Positions 27,445-36,522 of a stretch of DNA of 64,000 nt are shown here, one piece after another. The notes under the pieces were generated by a model. It was not told the origin of the DNA and searched no databases. It worked only from the letters and a program-made list of their open reading frames with translations. This DNA is from a bacterium (GTDB taxonomy: Bacteria > Patescibacteriota > Patescibacteriia > UBA1558 > GWA2-36-10): NCBI GenBank assembly GCA_018653315.1, contig JABIAL010000007.1:11348-75347 (forward strand), given 5' to 3'. Made by a program: the position numbers and the translations under genes. The stretch's first letter is position 1. Each line of letters begins with the position of its first letter.

Positions 27445-28781
27445 TGAAAATTACTACACTACATATTAATTTATACAAAAGCATCAAGCAACCGATTAGT
27501 TTTTCTGCTTTGCCGGTCAATATTTTGATTGGTCAAAATAATTGCGGTAAGAGTAATATCTTATATGCTATTGATTACTTATTTGATGTACAGGGAGTTA
27601 GTCCTATTTTAGAATATCCAGGAGCTGATATTGAAGTAGAATTAGTTTTCACAGAAGAAGAATTGGATAGATGGAATTTACCAAGTAAAACAGCTAGTTT
27701 AACTATTAAAGATGAAAAAAGAAAACTAGCCTTTTCTAATCAGATTGTAAATTATAATGGTAATTGGAAGGATTTATTATCAGTCAAAATTAAGCATTTA
27801 AATTATGATGCTTTTAATGATTTAGAAGCGGTCGATAAAGATTGGCAAAGTTTGCAACAGCACAAAGAACATTTTAATAAATTTAAACAACATTTAAAAA
27901 ACCATTTTCCTAAAATTAGTGCCAAAGAAAATGCTTTAGATATTCATTATGAGCATGCCGGTATAAAAGAGGGGACACGTAAAGCTACTATTGATCATTT
28001 AGGTTCTGGTTTTCGTCGTATTTTTACTACTTTATTGTATATTTTTCATCCAGATTATCACATAGTTATTTTAGATGAACCAGAAACACATTTGCATCCA
28101 GTGCTAGTTAAGAAACTTTTATGGGCCATGCAAAATGCAGAAGGTGGTGGACAAATATTTTTTACCACTCATTCTCCTTTATTTATTAATTCAGTCACTT
28201 TACCGCAGGTATTGCGAGTAGTTAAAGATAGTGCTACTACTAAAGCTTTTGGTTTGCCAGTTAAAAAACAGCATTATAGTTATAAGCGTTTGATCCAAGA
28301 ATTGAATGCCGACAATGTTGAGATGTTATTTTCTGATACAACTATTTTAGTAGAGGGTATTTCTGATCGTATATTATTACGTGGCTTGATCGATCATTTT
28401 TATCAAGGTAATAAAGATATTAAAGTTGTGCAAACACATGGTAAAGGTAATATTGCTTTGTATGTAGATTTGTTAAAAATTTTTCATATTAATTATATTA
28501 TTTTAGCTGATAGAGATATTATAAAATATCAATTAGATAGAGTGATAAGTCATTTAGGGATAAAACCAAAAGCACGTAAAGCTAATGATTTAATTATTGA
28601 GCTTAAAGAATACAATGTATTTATTTTACCAGGCGGTTCAATAGAAAAACACTATCCAAAGAAATATCAGCGTGATGATAAAAAAACACTTAATGCTTTG
28701 TATGCGGCAACTGCTATTACCAAGACAGAATTTAATTCAAAAATAATGAAACCCTTGAAAGAGATAATAGATAGATTATAA
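27444..28781 (+). CDS. OLD-family (overcoming lysogenization defect) ABC-ATPase + Toprim nuclease, class-1-like single gene
   Basis: Walker A is NILIGQNNCGKSNIL and Walker B is VILDEPETHLHP. The C-terminal Toprim has TILVEGISDRILL and ILADRDI (DxD). The start overlaps the upstream stop as TAATG. Confidence 0.7.
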   Translation: MKITTLHINLYKSIKQPISFSALPVNILIGQNNCGKSNILYAIDYLFDVQGVSPILEYPGADIEVELVFTEEELDRWNLPSKTASLTIKDEKRKLAFSNQIVNYNGNWKDLLSVKIKHLNYDAFNDLEAVDKDWQSLQQHKEHFNKFKQHLKNHFPKISAKENALDIHYEHAGIKEGTRKATIDHLGSGFRRIFTTLLYIFHPDYHIVILDEPETHLHPVLVKKLLWAMQNAEGGGQIFFTTHSPLFINSVTLPQVLRVVKDSATTKAFGLPVKKQHYSYKRLIQELNADNVEMLFSDTTILVEGISDRILLRGLIDHFYQGNKDIKVVQTHGKGNIALYVDLLKIFHINYIILADRDIIKYQLDRVISHLGIKPKARKANDLIIELKEYNVFILPGGSIEKHYPKKYQRDDKKTLNALYAATAITKTEFNSKIMKPLKEIIDRL

Positions 28782-28810
28782 ATATAAAATTTAATAATTA
28801 AAATATTATT

Positions 28811-28861
28811 ATGGAAACATGTCCAAATTGCGGTAATGATCCATGTACTTGCGGTGCATAA
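28811..28861 (+). CDS. possible 16-aa Cys-rich peptide (METCPNCGNDPCTCGA)
   Basis: It has four Cys in 16 aa and is followed directly by an intrinsic terminator. There is no SD. This is speculative. Confidence 0.2.
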   Translation: METCPNCGNDPCTCGA

Positions 28862-28870
28862 ATAAAAGAA

Positions 28871-28936
28871 CGGCCTCTTTATCAGAATGAGGCTGTTTTT
28901 TATTTGAGTAAAAAAAGCCCGTTTTCTTGACGGGCT
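28871..28936. terminator. two convergent intrinsic terminators
   Basis: The plus-strand terminator is cggcctc..gaggctg followed by T6. The minus-strand terminator is the reverse complement of agcccgt-tttcttg-acgggct preceded by A7. Confidence 0.7.
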
Positions 28937-29158
28937 TATGAGGGGTACTACCGTTGACAATCAGCGCTTTGCGTTATGCCGGTGGCATTGTCCATAATCA
29001 TTTCCGGGGTGTTGGCTGCGTTTTTCATTTCAGCATTGACCATCTTGGCCTGAGGAGGAATGAGTAAGTGCTTCAAAAGAAGCTCCCTTCTTTAATAAAA
29101 AGCTTGCCATGATCATAGAGGTTTTTCCTCTAGTATAAAAAATTGAGAGTACATTAAT
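28909..29158 (-). ncRNA. candidate small RNA (or micro-protein gene): a GC-rich ~250-nt transcription unit
   Basis: A minus-strand consensus promoter, TTGACA-17-TACAAT, lies at 29165-29193, and an intrinsic terminator lies at 28909-28936. The body is about 50% GC in a ~30% GC genome and has no ORF longer than 33 codons. Several local hairpins are present. Confidence 0.4.
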
Positions 29159-29164
29159 GCATTA

Positions 29165-29216
29165 ATTGTATTAAAAATTTATTTTTTTGTCAAAGTTAGG
29201 CAAAAAATGATATAAT
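29165..29216. promoter_or_regulatory. face-to-face divergent promoters sharing one -35 region
   Basis: The plus-strand promoter is TTGTCA-17-(TGa)TATAAT, driving the gene at 29243. The minus-strand promoter is TTGACA-17-TACAAT. The two -35 hexamers overlap at 29187-29193. Confidence 0.55.
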
Positions 29217-29242
29217 ATAAACAATCATTAAATCAAAATTTT

Positions 29243-30172
29243 ATGGATTGGTTAATTATTGCTATTGCTGCTTATTTAATTTTAGCAGTTGTCAATTTAG
29301 CAGATAAATTTTTATTAGAAAAGGTAGTTCCCAGTGCTAAGGCCTATACATTTTTAGTTGGCGTTTTAGGTTTAGCTGTGATTGTGATTGCGCCTTGGTT
29401 TTTAAGCTGGCCCGGGTGGTATTTATTATTTGGCAATTTAGCAATTGGTGCTTTATTTCCAGTAGCATTGTTATTGTTATATCATGCCTTAAAGATTGGT
29501 GATGTTTCCAAAATTATTCCATTAATTGGCGGAGCAGTTCCAATTTTTACACTTATTTTGGCCATGTTATTTTTGGGAGAAAGATTTTTATCAATGCAAT
29601 GGGTAGCAATTTTTTATTTATTGTTAGGAACAGTAATGTTAGCCTATTTGCCAACCGGCCATAATTTATGGAGTACAGTAAAATCATGGTTTGGTCTGAC
29701 TGGTCCAAAAAATAAACAAGCAGTAATGATAGCCATTGGAGCGGGTTTTGTATTTGCCGCTTTTTTTGTTGGTACTAAATTTTTGTATCTTCATCAGCCA
29801 TTTTTGAGTAGCTTTATTTGGATTAGAATTGGTACATTTTTGATAAGTTTAACTTTATTAATACCAAAAGATTTACGTAAAGAAATTTTTAAAGGACTTA
29901 AGAACATCAAAGGTAAAAATAGTGCATTGTTTTTTTCTAATCAAGGCATTGCCGCAATTGGATTTTTATTACAAAACTATGCTATTTTCTTAGGTTCGGT
30001 AGCCATAGTTAATGCTTTGCAGGGCGTGCAATTTGCCTTCCTATTAGTCTTAGGTGGATTGATTTCTGTCTTTTTCCCAAAATTACTCAAAGAAAATGTT
30101 TCTAAAATGGTTATTATTCAAAAGATTTTAGCGATTGTTTTGATTAGCTTGGGTTTGTATTTTATTATTTAG
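29243..30172 (+). CDS. DMT-superfamily (EamA-like) transporter
   Basis: 309 aa with 10 TM helices arranged as two EamA-like halves. Confidence 0.5.
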   Translation: MDWLIIAIAAYLILAVVNLADKFLLEKVVPSAKAYTFLVGVLGLAVIVIAPWFLSWPGWYLLFGNLAIGALFPVALLLLYHALKIGDVSKIIPLIGGAVPIFTLILAMLFLGERFLSMQWVAIFYLLLGTVMLAYLPTGHNLWSTVKSWFGLTGPKNKQAVMIAIGAGFVFAAFFVGTKFLYLHQPFLSSFIWIRIGTFLISLTLLIPKDLRKEIFKGLKNIKGKNSALFFSNQGIAAIGFLLQNYAIFLGSVAIVNALQGVQFAFLLVLGGLISVFFPKLLKENVSKMVIIQKILAIVLISLGLYFII

Positions 30173-30176
30173 TAAA

Positions 30177-31169
30177 ATGAAATTGTTGAAAATTATAATT
30201 ATAATTTTAATTGTTGTTTGGGCGATTTGGTTTGTTAAATTTTCTAAACATTATGTTCATAATGGCGAACTAAATGAAAATCCAGATTTGTGGGGAGTTA
30301 CTTTTTCTACTAAATTTGCTAGTGAATTAGATTTGGATATTGGTGAAACTTATAGGGCTATTTTAGATGATTTACAAGTAAGACAGATTAGATTACCTAT
30401 TTATTGGGATCAGATAGAAAAATATGAAAATGAATTTGATTTCTCATTGTTTGATCAATTGTTAGTAGAAGGTAAAAAAAGAGATGTAAAATTTATTGTT
30501 AATTTAGGTTGGCGTTTACCTCGTTGGCCAGAATGTCATGCTCCGCTTTGGGCTAAAGATATGTCAATTGAGGATGTTCAGGCCAAAACATTACGGATGT
30601 TGCGAGTTGCCGTGGGTCATTACAAAGGACATTCAGAAATAGTGGCCTGGCAAATAGAAAATGAGCCTTTAGTTGATTGGTTTGGTAAATGTCCAGCTGG
30701 TGATGAAGAATTTTTAAAGCAAGAAGTAGCTTTGGTAAAAAGTTTAGATGGTCGGCCGGTGATTGTCTCGGCTTCAGGTGAGCTTAGTTTTTGGCAAAGA
30801 GAAGCTGAAGTAGGCGATGTTTTAGCTACTACTGTTTATCGGGTGGTGTGGAATCCATGGTTCAAATATTTTCGTTATCCGTTGCCAGCTTGGTTTTATT
30901 CTTGGAAAGCAGGTCGTGTAGGAAAAACAGGAGAAAAAATGATAGTTAGTGAACTGCAGGCTGAGCCTTGGGTGATAGATGGTGGTATGAATAAAATAGA
31001 TCAAGCAGAAGTTGATAAGTCTATGAGTTTAGAACAATTTGAATCAAATTTAAAGTTTGCTCAAAAAATAAATTTTGATAAAAATTATCTATGGGGAGTA
31101 GAGTGGTGGTATTTGCAAAAAATCAACGGAAATGATGATTATTGGAATTTAGCTAAAAAACTTTTTTAG
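30177..31169 (+). CDS. membrane-anchored clan GH-A (GH5-like) glycoside hydrolase
   Basis: An N-terminal TM helix is followed by a TIM-barrel pattern with the catalytic acid/base motif WQIENEP and a later ELQAEPW nucleophile region. Confidence 0.5.
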   Translation: MKLLKIIIIILIVVWAIWFVKFSKHYVHNGELNENPDLWGVTFSTKFASELDLDIGETYRAILDDLQVRQIRLPIYWDQIEKYENEFDFSLFDQLLVEGKKRDVKFIVNLGWRLPRWPECHAPLWAKDMSIEDVQAKTLRMLRVAVGHYKGHSEIVAWQIENEPLVDWFGKCPAGDEEFLKQEVALVKSLDGRPVIVSASGELSFWQREAEVGDVLATTVYRVVWNPWFKYFRYPLPAWFYSWKAGRVGKTGEKMIVSELQAEPWVIDGGMNKIDQAEVDKSMSLEQFESNLKFAQKINFDKNYLWGVEWWYLQKINGNDDYWNLAKKLF

Positions 31170-31313
31170 TCAATCTTAGGCTTTTTAATATTTTAAAATC
31201 TACGTTTTTCAAGACGTGGATTTTTCTTGTTTTTCAAGGCCATTTCTGTTATAATTTAATCACAAATTCGCCAAAGGCGGAGTAAACAAATAAAAAATTA
31301 ATCGAATATTACA

Positions 31314-33335
31314 GTGCTTAAAAGAATTTTATTTACAGTTTTTATTGGTTTTGGTTTATGCGCATTTTATGTTCATGAAACTCAAGCTTTTAGTCAGGAT
31401 TATACACCAGTAGATCCTGGCGTGGTTTATCAAAATTATTTTGATTTGATCAATATTGAACCTAGCTGGTCCGATGATTTACAGGTTAATAAAGAGGTGA
31501 TTGTTGCAATTTTGGATTCTGGCATTGATTTAGATCATCCTGATTTAATAAGCAGTTTATGGTCAAATCATGGAGAGATCGCTGGTAACGGTCTTGATGA
31601 TGATCTTAATAGTTATATTGATGATGTTGTTGGTTGGGATTTTATTGATAGTGATAATATTCCAAAGCCAGAACTTATTGGTGATTATGACTTTGTAGCA
31701 GTTAATCATGGCACAGTGATTGCCGGTATAATTGCGGCTGCTCGTAATAACATTGGTATTGTTGGCATTGCTCCACAAGTTAAAATTATGCCTTTACGTA
31801 TTTTAGATCCGCGAGGTCAAGGAAATACCTTAGTATTATCACAGGCGATTGATTATGCTGTAGAGAATGGCGCAGATATTATAAATTTAAGTTTAGTTGG
31901 CGTGGGTTATGATGAGACTTTGAAGGGTTCTATTAAAAATGCTTATAATCAAGGTGTGATGATCGTAGCTGCATCTGGCAATGAAGAAGACGCAGGAATA
32001 GATTTAGATGAACATCCACGTTATCCAGTTTGTGAAATCAATGGCGTTAACAGAGTATTGGGTGTAGCTGCCGTTGATCAAACAAGTGTTTTGACAGATT
32101 TTTCTAATTTTGGACAGACCTGCATTGATGTTTCTGCTCCGGGTAGAAATTTTTATTCTACAGTTTATCAGGATAGTAGTAATAACCAGTTTAGTGAGTA
32201 TTACGCCAATGGTTGGTCAGGTACTTCTGTAGCGGCACCGGTAATATCTGCTACAGCAGCTTTGATAAAGATGCAGTATCCACAATTTAGACCTTATGAT
32301 ATTTATAATATTATTAGATCTAGTGCCTCAAGTTTGCAAATAAAAAATCCAAGTAATTATTTAGACTTAGGAAGTGGCTTGATTGATGTTGGTGCGGCTT
32401 TGAATTTAGCAGCTAGCAGACACTCTCAATCTCGACATCTTGTTTTAGCACCAGATAGAGGATTAGCACCAGAAATTTTTATCTTAGACGAAGATGGTAA
32501 TCAATTAGATAGTTGGTTAGCTTATGCAGAAAAGTTTACCGGCGGAGTGAATATTGCTGTCGGTGATGTTAATGGTGATGATGTAAAAGAAATAATCACT
32601 CCTCCTAAAGCGGGCGGTGGACCACATGTCCGTATTTTTAATGAAAGTGGTAATATATTATCTGAGTTTATGGCTTATGACACTAGATTTGAAGGCGGAG
32701 TGAATATTGCTGTCGGTGATGTAACAGGTGATGGACAATTAAATATTATTACAGCACCTTTATCAAATGGTGGGCCACATATCCGTATTTTTGATTGGCA
32801 AGGTAATTTGCGTCAACAATTTTTTGCTTATGATGATGACTATTTTGGCGGAGTGAATATTGCTGTCGGTGACGTTAATAATAGCGGCTATGATGAAGTT
32901 GTTACAATAAATAACACGGGCATAGCTAAAGTAAAAGTATTTGATAAATATCGTCGTCTTAGAGCTAGCTTTTTGCCTTATAGTAGTAATATGCTTAGCG
33001 GAGTTAATTTAACAATTGGAGATGTAAATAATGACGGTTGGCAGGAAATTATCACTGTGCCAGCCAAGGATCAAGTAGCTGATATTAAGATGTTTAGTCA
33101 AAAAGGACGATTAAAAGGTCAATTTACCGGTTTTAATAGCAGTTTGCGATCAGGTTTAGAAATTATTGCTCGTGATTTATCTGGAGATGGCCTACCTGAG
33201 ATTTTGGCCTTACCTCATAAAAATTCGGCTGCTTTATTAAAAATTTATGATCATTTAGGTTTAGAAAAGGATAGTTTTTATTTACGTGATGTTGGTGATA
33301 AAAATGGTTATCAGTTAGAAGTGTTAGCATATTAG
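31314..33335 (+). CDS. secreted subtilisin-like serine protease (S8) with C-terminal FG-GAP/VCBS-like repeats
   Basis: The catalytic triad motifs are AILDSGID, HGTVIAG and GTSVAAPVISA. There are at least five GGVNIAVGDVNGDG..EII repeats. It uses a GTG start with AAGGCGGAG as SD. Confidence 0.8.
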   Translation: MLKRILFTVFIGFGLCAFYVHETQAFSQDYTPVDPGVVYQNYFDLINIEPSWSDDLQVNKEVIVAILDSGIDLDHPDLISSLWSNHGEIAGNGLDDDLNSYIDDVVGWDFIDSDNIPKPELIGDYDFVAVNHGTVIAGIIAAARNNIGIVGIAPQVKIMPLRILDPRGQGNTLVLSQAIDYAVENGADIINLSLVGVGYDETLKGSIKNAYNQGVMIVAASGNEEDAGIDLDEHPRYPVCEINGVNRVLGVAAVDQTSVLTDFSNFGQTCIDVSAPGRNFYSTVYQDSSNNQFSEYYANGWSGTSVAAPVISATAALIKMQYPQFRPYDIYNIIRSSASSLQIKNPSNYLDLGSGLIDVGAALNLAASRHSQSRHLVLAPDRGLAPEIFILDEDGNQLDSWLAYAEKFTGGVNIAVGDVNGDDVKEIITPPKAGGGPHVRIFNESGNILSEFMAYDTRFEGGVNIAVGDVTGDGQLNIITAPLSNGGPHIRIFDWQGNLRQQFFAYDDDYFGGVNIAVGDVNNSGYDEVVTINNTGIAKVKVFDKYRRLRASFLPYSSNMLSGVNLTIGDVNNDGWQEIITVPAKDQVADIKMFSQKGRLKGQFTGFNSSLRSGLEIIARDLSGDGLPEILALPHKNSAALLKIYDHLGLEKDSFYLRDVGDKNGYQLEVLAY

Positions 33336-33338
33336 TCT

Positions 33339-33767
33339 ATGGAATGGTATCAGGATATTGTTATTATAAAATTTTTGAATAGTCGTCCAGTTTTAAAACA
33401 ATTTATTAAATTTAGTTTAATTGGTGCTTTAAATACGATTGTTGACTTTGTGGCTTATCTATTTTTTACTCGTGTTTTATCTTGGCATTATTTATTAGCT
33501 GCTTTTCTGGCTTTTTCATTGGCTGCTACTTCTAGTTTTTTACTCAATCGTTATTGGACTTTTAAGTTGGAAAATAAATTTTCAGCCACAGAGTATGCTA
33601 AGTTTATTTTAGTGGCAGTAGGTGGATTATTATTAACCATGCTTTTTTTATATATCTTGGTCGATGTGTTTTTCTGGTATGATTTATGGGCCAAATTAAT
33701 AATCGTAGTTATTGTTGTAAATTATAATTTTTGGATGCAAAAACTTTGGACTTTTAAGATAAAATAA
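33339..33767 (+). CDS. GtrA-family membrane protein (polyprenol-sugar translocation accessory)
   Basis: Four TM helices and the KFSLIGALNTIVDF...LLNRYWTF signature. Confidence 0.75.
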   Translation: MEWYQDIVIIKFLNSRPVLKQFIKFSLIGALNTIVDFVAYLFFTRVLSWHYLLAAFLAFSLAATSSFLLNRYWTFKLENKFSATEYAKFILVAVGGLLLTMLFLYILVDVFFWYDLWAKLIIVVIVVNYNFWMQKLWTFKIK

Positions 33768-33768
33768 A

Positions 33769-34470
33769 ATGCAGTTAAGTGTAGTAATACCAGTTTTTAA
33801 TGAAGCCAAACTTATCGCAAGTACACTTGCTAAGACAAGTAATTGGCTAGAAAAGAAATTCACTAGTTTTGAGATTATTGTTGTTGATGATGCCTCGACT
33901 GATGGTACCTTAGAAATCGTTAAAAAGATTCCAGACATCAAAGTTTTAGTTAATTTGACCAATCATGGTAAAGGTTATACAGTGGCCAAAGGTATGCGAG
34001 CAGCTCAAGGTGATCTAGTGTTATTCATGGATGCTGATAATGCTACCACTATCGTAGAATTAGATAAATTATTACCATATACAAAGAAATATCCCATAAT
34101 CATTGCTTCTAGAGCTTTGGCTCAATCCAAAGTACATCAGTATCAACATTGGTTAAAAGTTAGTCTGGGGAATTTAGGTAATACTTTAATTAGATTGGTA
34201 CTTAATTTATCAATTAGGGATACTCAATGTGGTTTTAAGTTATTTAATCGTAGTGCCATAAAAGTATTTGATAAATTAACCATTAATCGTTGGGGTTTTG
34301 ATTTTGAATTGTTGTTTATAGCAAAATTGTATAATATTGCCGTCAAAGAAGTGGCGGTAGATTGGGCTGATTCTGAACAGGTATCTAAGGTAACACCTGC
34401 GTCTTACATAAAGACTTTACTTCACGTTTTTAAAGTGCGTATTAATCATTTATTAAATAAATATAAATAA
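33769..34470 (+). CDS. GT2 polyprenyl-phosphate glycosyltransferase (DPM1/GtrB-like)
   Basis: Contains SVVIPVFNE, VVDDASTDGT, DAD and QCGFK. Confidence 0.85.
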   Translation: MQLSVVIPVFNEAKLIASTLAKTSNWLEKKFTSFEIIVVDDASTDGTLEIVKKIPDIKVLVNLTNHGKGYTVAKGMRAAQGDLVLFMDADNATTIVELDKLLPYTKKYPIIIASRALAQSKVHQYQHWLKVSLGNLGNTLIRLVLNLSIRDTQCGFKLFNRSAIKVFDKLTINRWGFDFELLFIAKLYNIAVKEVAVDWADSEQVSKVTPASYIKTLLHVFKVRINHLLNKYK

Positions 34471-34492
34471 GCTAGGAATAAATAATAAAATT

Positions 34493-35527
34493 ATGTCAAA
34501 TAATAGTAACAAAAATATTTTAGTCTTAGGAGGAGCGGGCTTTATTGGCTCTCATTTATGTGAAGCTTTAGTGCAAAAAGGTAATAATGTGGTTTGTGTG
34601 GATAATTTCATATCTTCTAATGTTGAAAATATTAGAAGACTTTTGCAGTATCCAAGTTTTGCATTTATTCGACATGATGTTACAGAAAAAATTGACTTAA
34701 CTAGTTTACCAGGATTAAAGAAATTTAAAATTGAAGTTTACGGCTTTGCGGAGATTTATAATTTTGCTTGTCCTACTTCTGCTCGTGATTATACTAAGTT
34801 ACCAATAAAAACCGCTGTCTCAAATTCAATTGGTGTAATAAATGGTTTAGAATTAGCTAGAGAATTTAAAGCTAAATATTTATTGGCTTCAACATCGGCA
34901 GTTTATGGTCAACCTCCAAAAGATGACGCGAAAGTTAAAGAAGATTATTATGGTTTGTTGGATTTTTTAGGTCCACGAGCTTGTTATAATGAAGGTAAGA
35001 GATTTGCTGAAACATTAGTAACTACTTATCGTGATTTTTATAAATTAGATACCAAGATTGCTCGTATTTTTTCTACTTATGGTCCACGAATGTTAGAACA
35101 TGCTGGCCGTAGAATTCCAGATTATATTCAAGAAGCACTAAGCGGAAAAGAAGTAATGATTGCTGGTGATAAGCAATGGACTTCTACTTTTTGTTATGTT
35201 AAAGATGTAGTAGAAGGCGTGATAGCCTTGATGGATTCAAATGTAAAAGATCCTATAAATTTAGGGCACGATCAGGCTCATACGCTGACTGAGATTGCTC
35301 AAAAAATTATTGAGTTAACAAATTCTCAAGCTAAAATTGCTTACCAAGAAAATTTTGCTTATATTAATAAACCAGCTATACCAGATATTACTAAGGCTAA
35401 AACAGAATTAGGCTGGATGCCATTGATATCTTTAGAAGATGGTTTAAAACAGACTATAGATTATTTACGTTCTCAATCTAGATTGTATCAACCATTTTTT
35501 TCTGATGATGATAAAAAAGATGATTAA
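34493..35527 (+). CDS. NAD-dependent sugar-nucleotide epimerase/dehydratase (UDP-glucuronate decarboxylase UXS-like)
   Basis: The Rossmann motif is VLGGAGFIGSHL, and LASTSAVYG and the YxxxK region are present. The overall pattern is similar to UXS. Confidence 0.7.
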   Translation: MSNNSNKNILVLGGAGFIGSHLCEALVQKGNNVVCVDNFISSNVENIRRLLQYPSFAFIRHDVTEKIDLTSLPGLKKFKIEVYGFAEIYNFACPTSARDYTKLPIKTAVSNSIGVINGLELAREFKAKYLLASTSAVYGQPPKDDAKVKEDYYGLLDFLGPRACYNEGKRFAETLVTTYRDFYKLDTKIARIFSTYGPRMLEHAGRRIPDYIQEALSGKEVMIAGDKQWTSTFCYVKDVVEGVIALMDSNVKDPINLGHDQAHTLTEIAQKIIELTNSQAKIAYQENFAYINKPAIPDITKAKTELGWMPLISLEDGLKQTIDYLRSQSRLYQPFFSDDDKKDD

Positions 35528-35530
35528 ATT

Positions 35531-36193
35531 ATGAAAGTTTTCGTTATCATACCAGCTTTTAATGAAGAAGCACGAATCGGACAAGTTTTAACTGAATTGT
35601 CCGATTTGCCTTATAATGTAGTTATAGTAGATGATGCTTCTACTGATCAGACTAGTCGAGCGGCTAGTCAATTTAAGGTGACTGTTTTACGACATAGGAT
35701 AAACAGAGATCAAGGAGCTTCTTTGCAAACAGGCAATCAGTATGCCTTGAGTCAAGGTGCAGAAGTAATTGTACATTTTGACGCTGATGGGCAATTTTTA
35801 GTTTCTGAAATAAAAGATATTATCGGTCCAATTATAAATAATGATTACGATGTGGTATTTGGTTCTCGTTTTTTAGCTAAAAAGTCAGAGATGCCTTGGC
35901 TTAAAAAACATTTTGTTTTTCCTATTGCTAGATTGGTTAATTGGTTATTTTTTAGAATAAAATTTACTGATCCACAAAGTGGTTTTAGGGCTATGTCTAG
36001 ACGAGCTGCTCAAAAAATAATTATTGAGCAAGATGGCAAGGCTCATTGTAGTGAAATTTTATCTAAGGTTTTTAGTTTAAAATTAAAAGCCAAAGAAGTG
36101 CCAATGACTGTTATTTATCATCATTTTGGTCAAAATATTGGTGGCGGTTGGAAAATCGTTAAAGATTTATTATTTAGTAAATTAATAAAATAA
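35531..36193 (+). CDS. GT2 polyprenyl-phosphate glycosyltransferase
   Basis: Contains VIIPAFNEE, VVIVDDASTDQT and HFDADGQF. Confidence 0.8.
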   Translation: MKVFVIIPAFNEEARIGQVLTELSDLPYNVVIVDDASTDQTSRAASQFKVTVLRHRINRDQGASLQTGNQYALSQGAEVIVHFDADGQFLVSEIKDIIGPIINNDYDVVFGSRFLAKKSEMPWLKKHFVFPIARLVNWLFFRIKFTDPQSGFRAMSRRAAQKIIIEQDGKAHCSEILSKVFSLKLKAKEVPMTVIYHHFGQNIGGGWKIVKDLLFSKLIK

Positions 36194-36522
36194 TGTGGTT
36201 ACAAATATTAGTTACTTTATTCGTAGTAATAATTTTATTTAAATTATTTAAACAGCGACAAGCGGATAAGTTATCTTTGTCTAGTTTTTTTGCTTGGTTT
36301 ATTTTGTGGTTGATTGTCTTAGTAGTTTTCTGGCAGCCAAATACTGCATCTTATCTGGCAAATTTTTTAGGCATTGGTCGAGGAGCAGATTTGATAATTT
36401 ATTTATCAGTTATTGTTATTTTTTATTTATTATTCAAAATATTTGTTCGTCTTAATAAGATAGACAAAGAAATTACTAAGATAGTCAGAGAGGATGCAAT
36501 TAAAAATGTCAAAAAAAATTAA
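36193..36522 (+). CDS. small membrane protein, DUF2304-like (GT2-associated)
   Basis: 109 aa with 3 TM helices. Its position next to GT2 genes is typical of this family. Confidence 0.45.
   Translation: MWLQILVTLFVVIILFKLFKQRQADKLSLSSFFAWFILWLIVLVVFWQPNTASYLANFLGIGRGADLIIYLSVIVIFYLLFKIFVRLNKIDKEITKIVREDAIKNVKKN

Noticed and set aside
28667-28960. Minus-strand 97-aa ORF
   Set aside because: It overlaps the 3' end of the OLD-family gene and both terminators. It is an AT-rich low-complexity translation.
28940-29100. Identification of the GC-rich locus as SRP RNA, 6S RNA, tmRNA or RNase P
   Set aside because: There is only a GCAGCCAA octamer resembling SRP helix 8. No convincing GNRA-closed helix or long 6S-type hairpin could be drawn by hand. 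It is left as an unclassified candidate.
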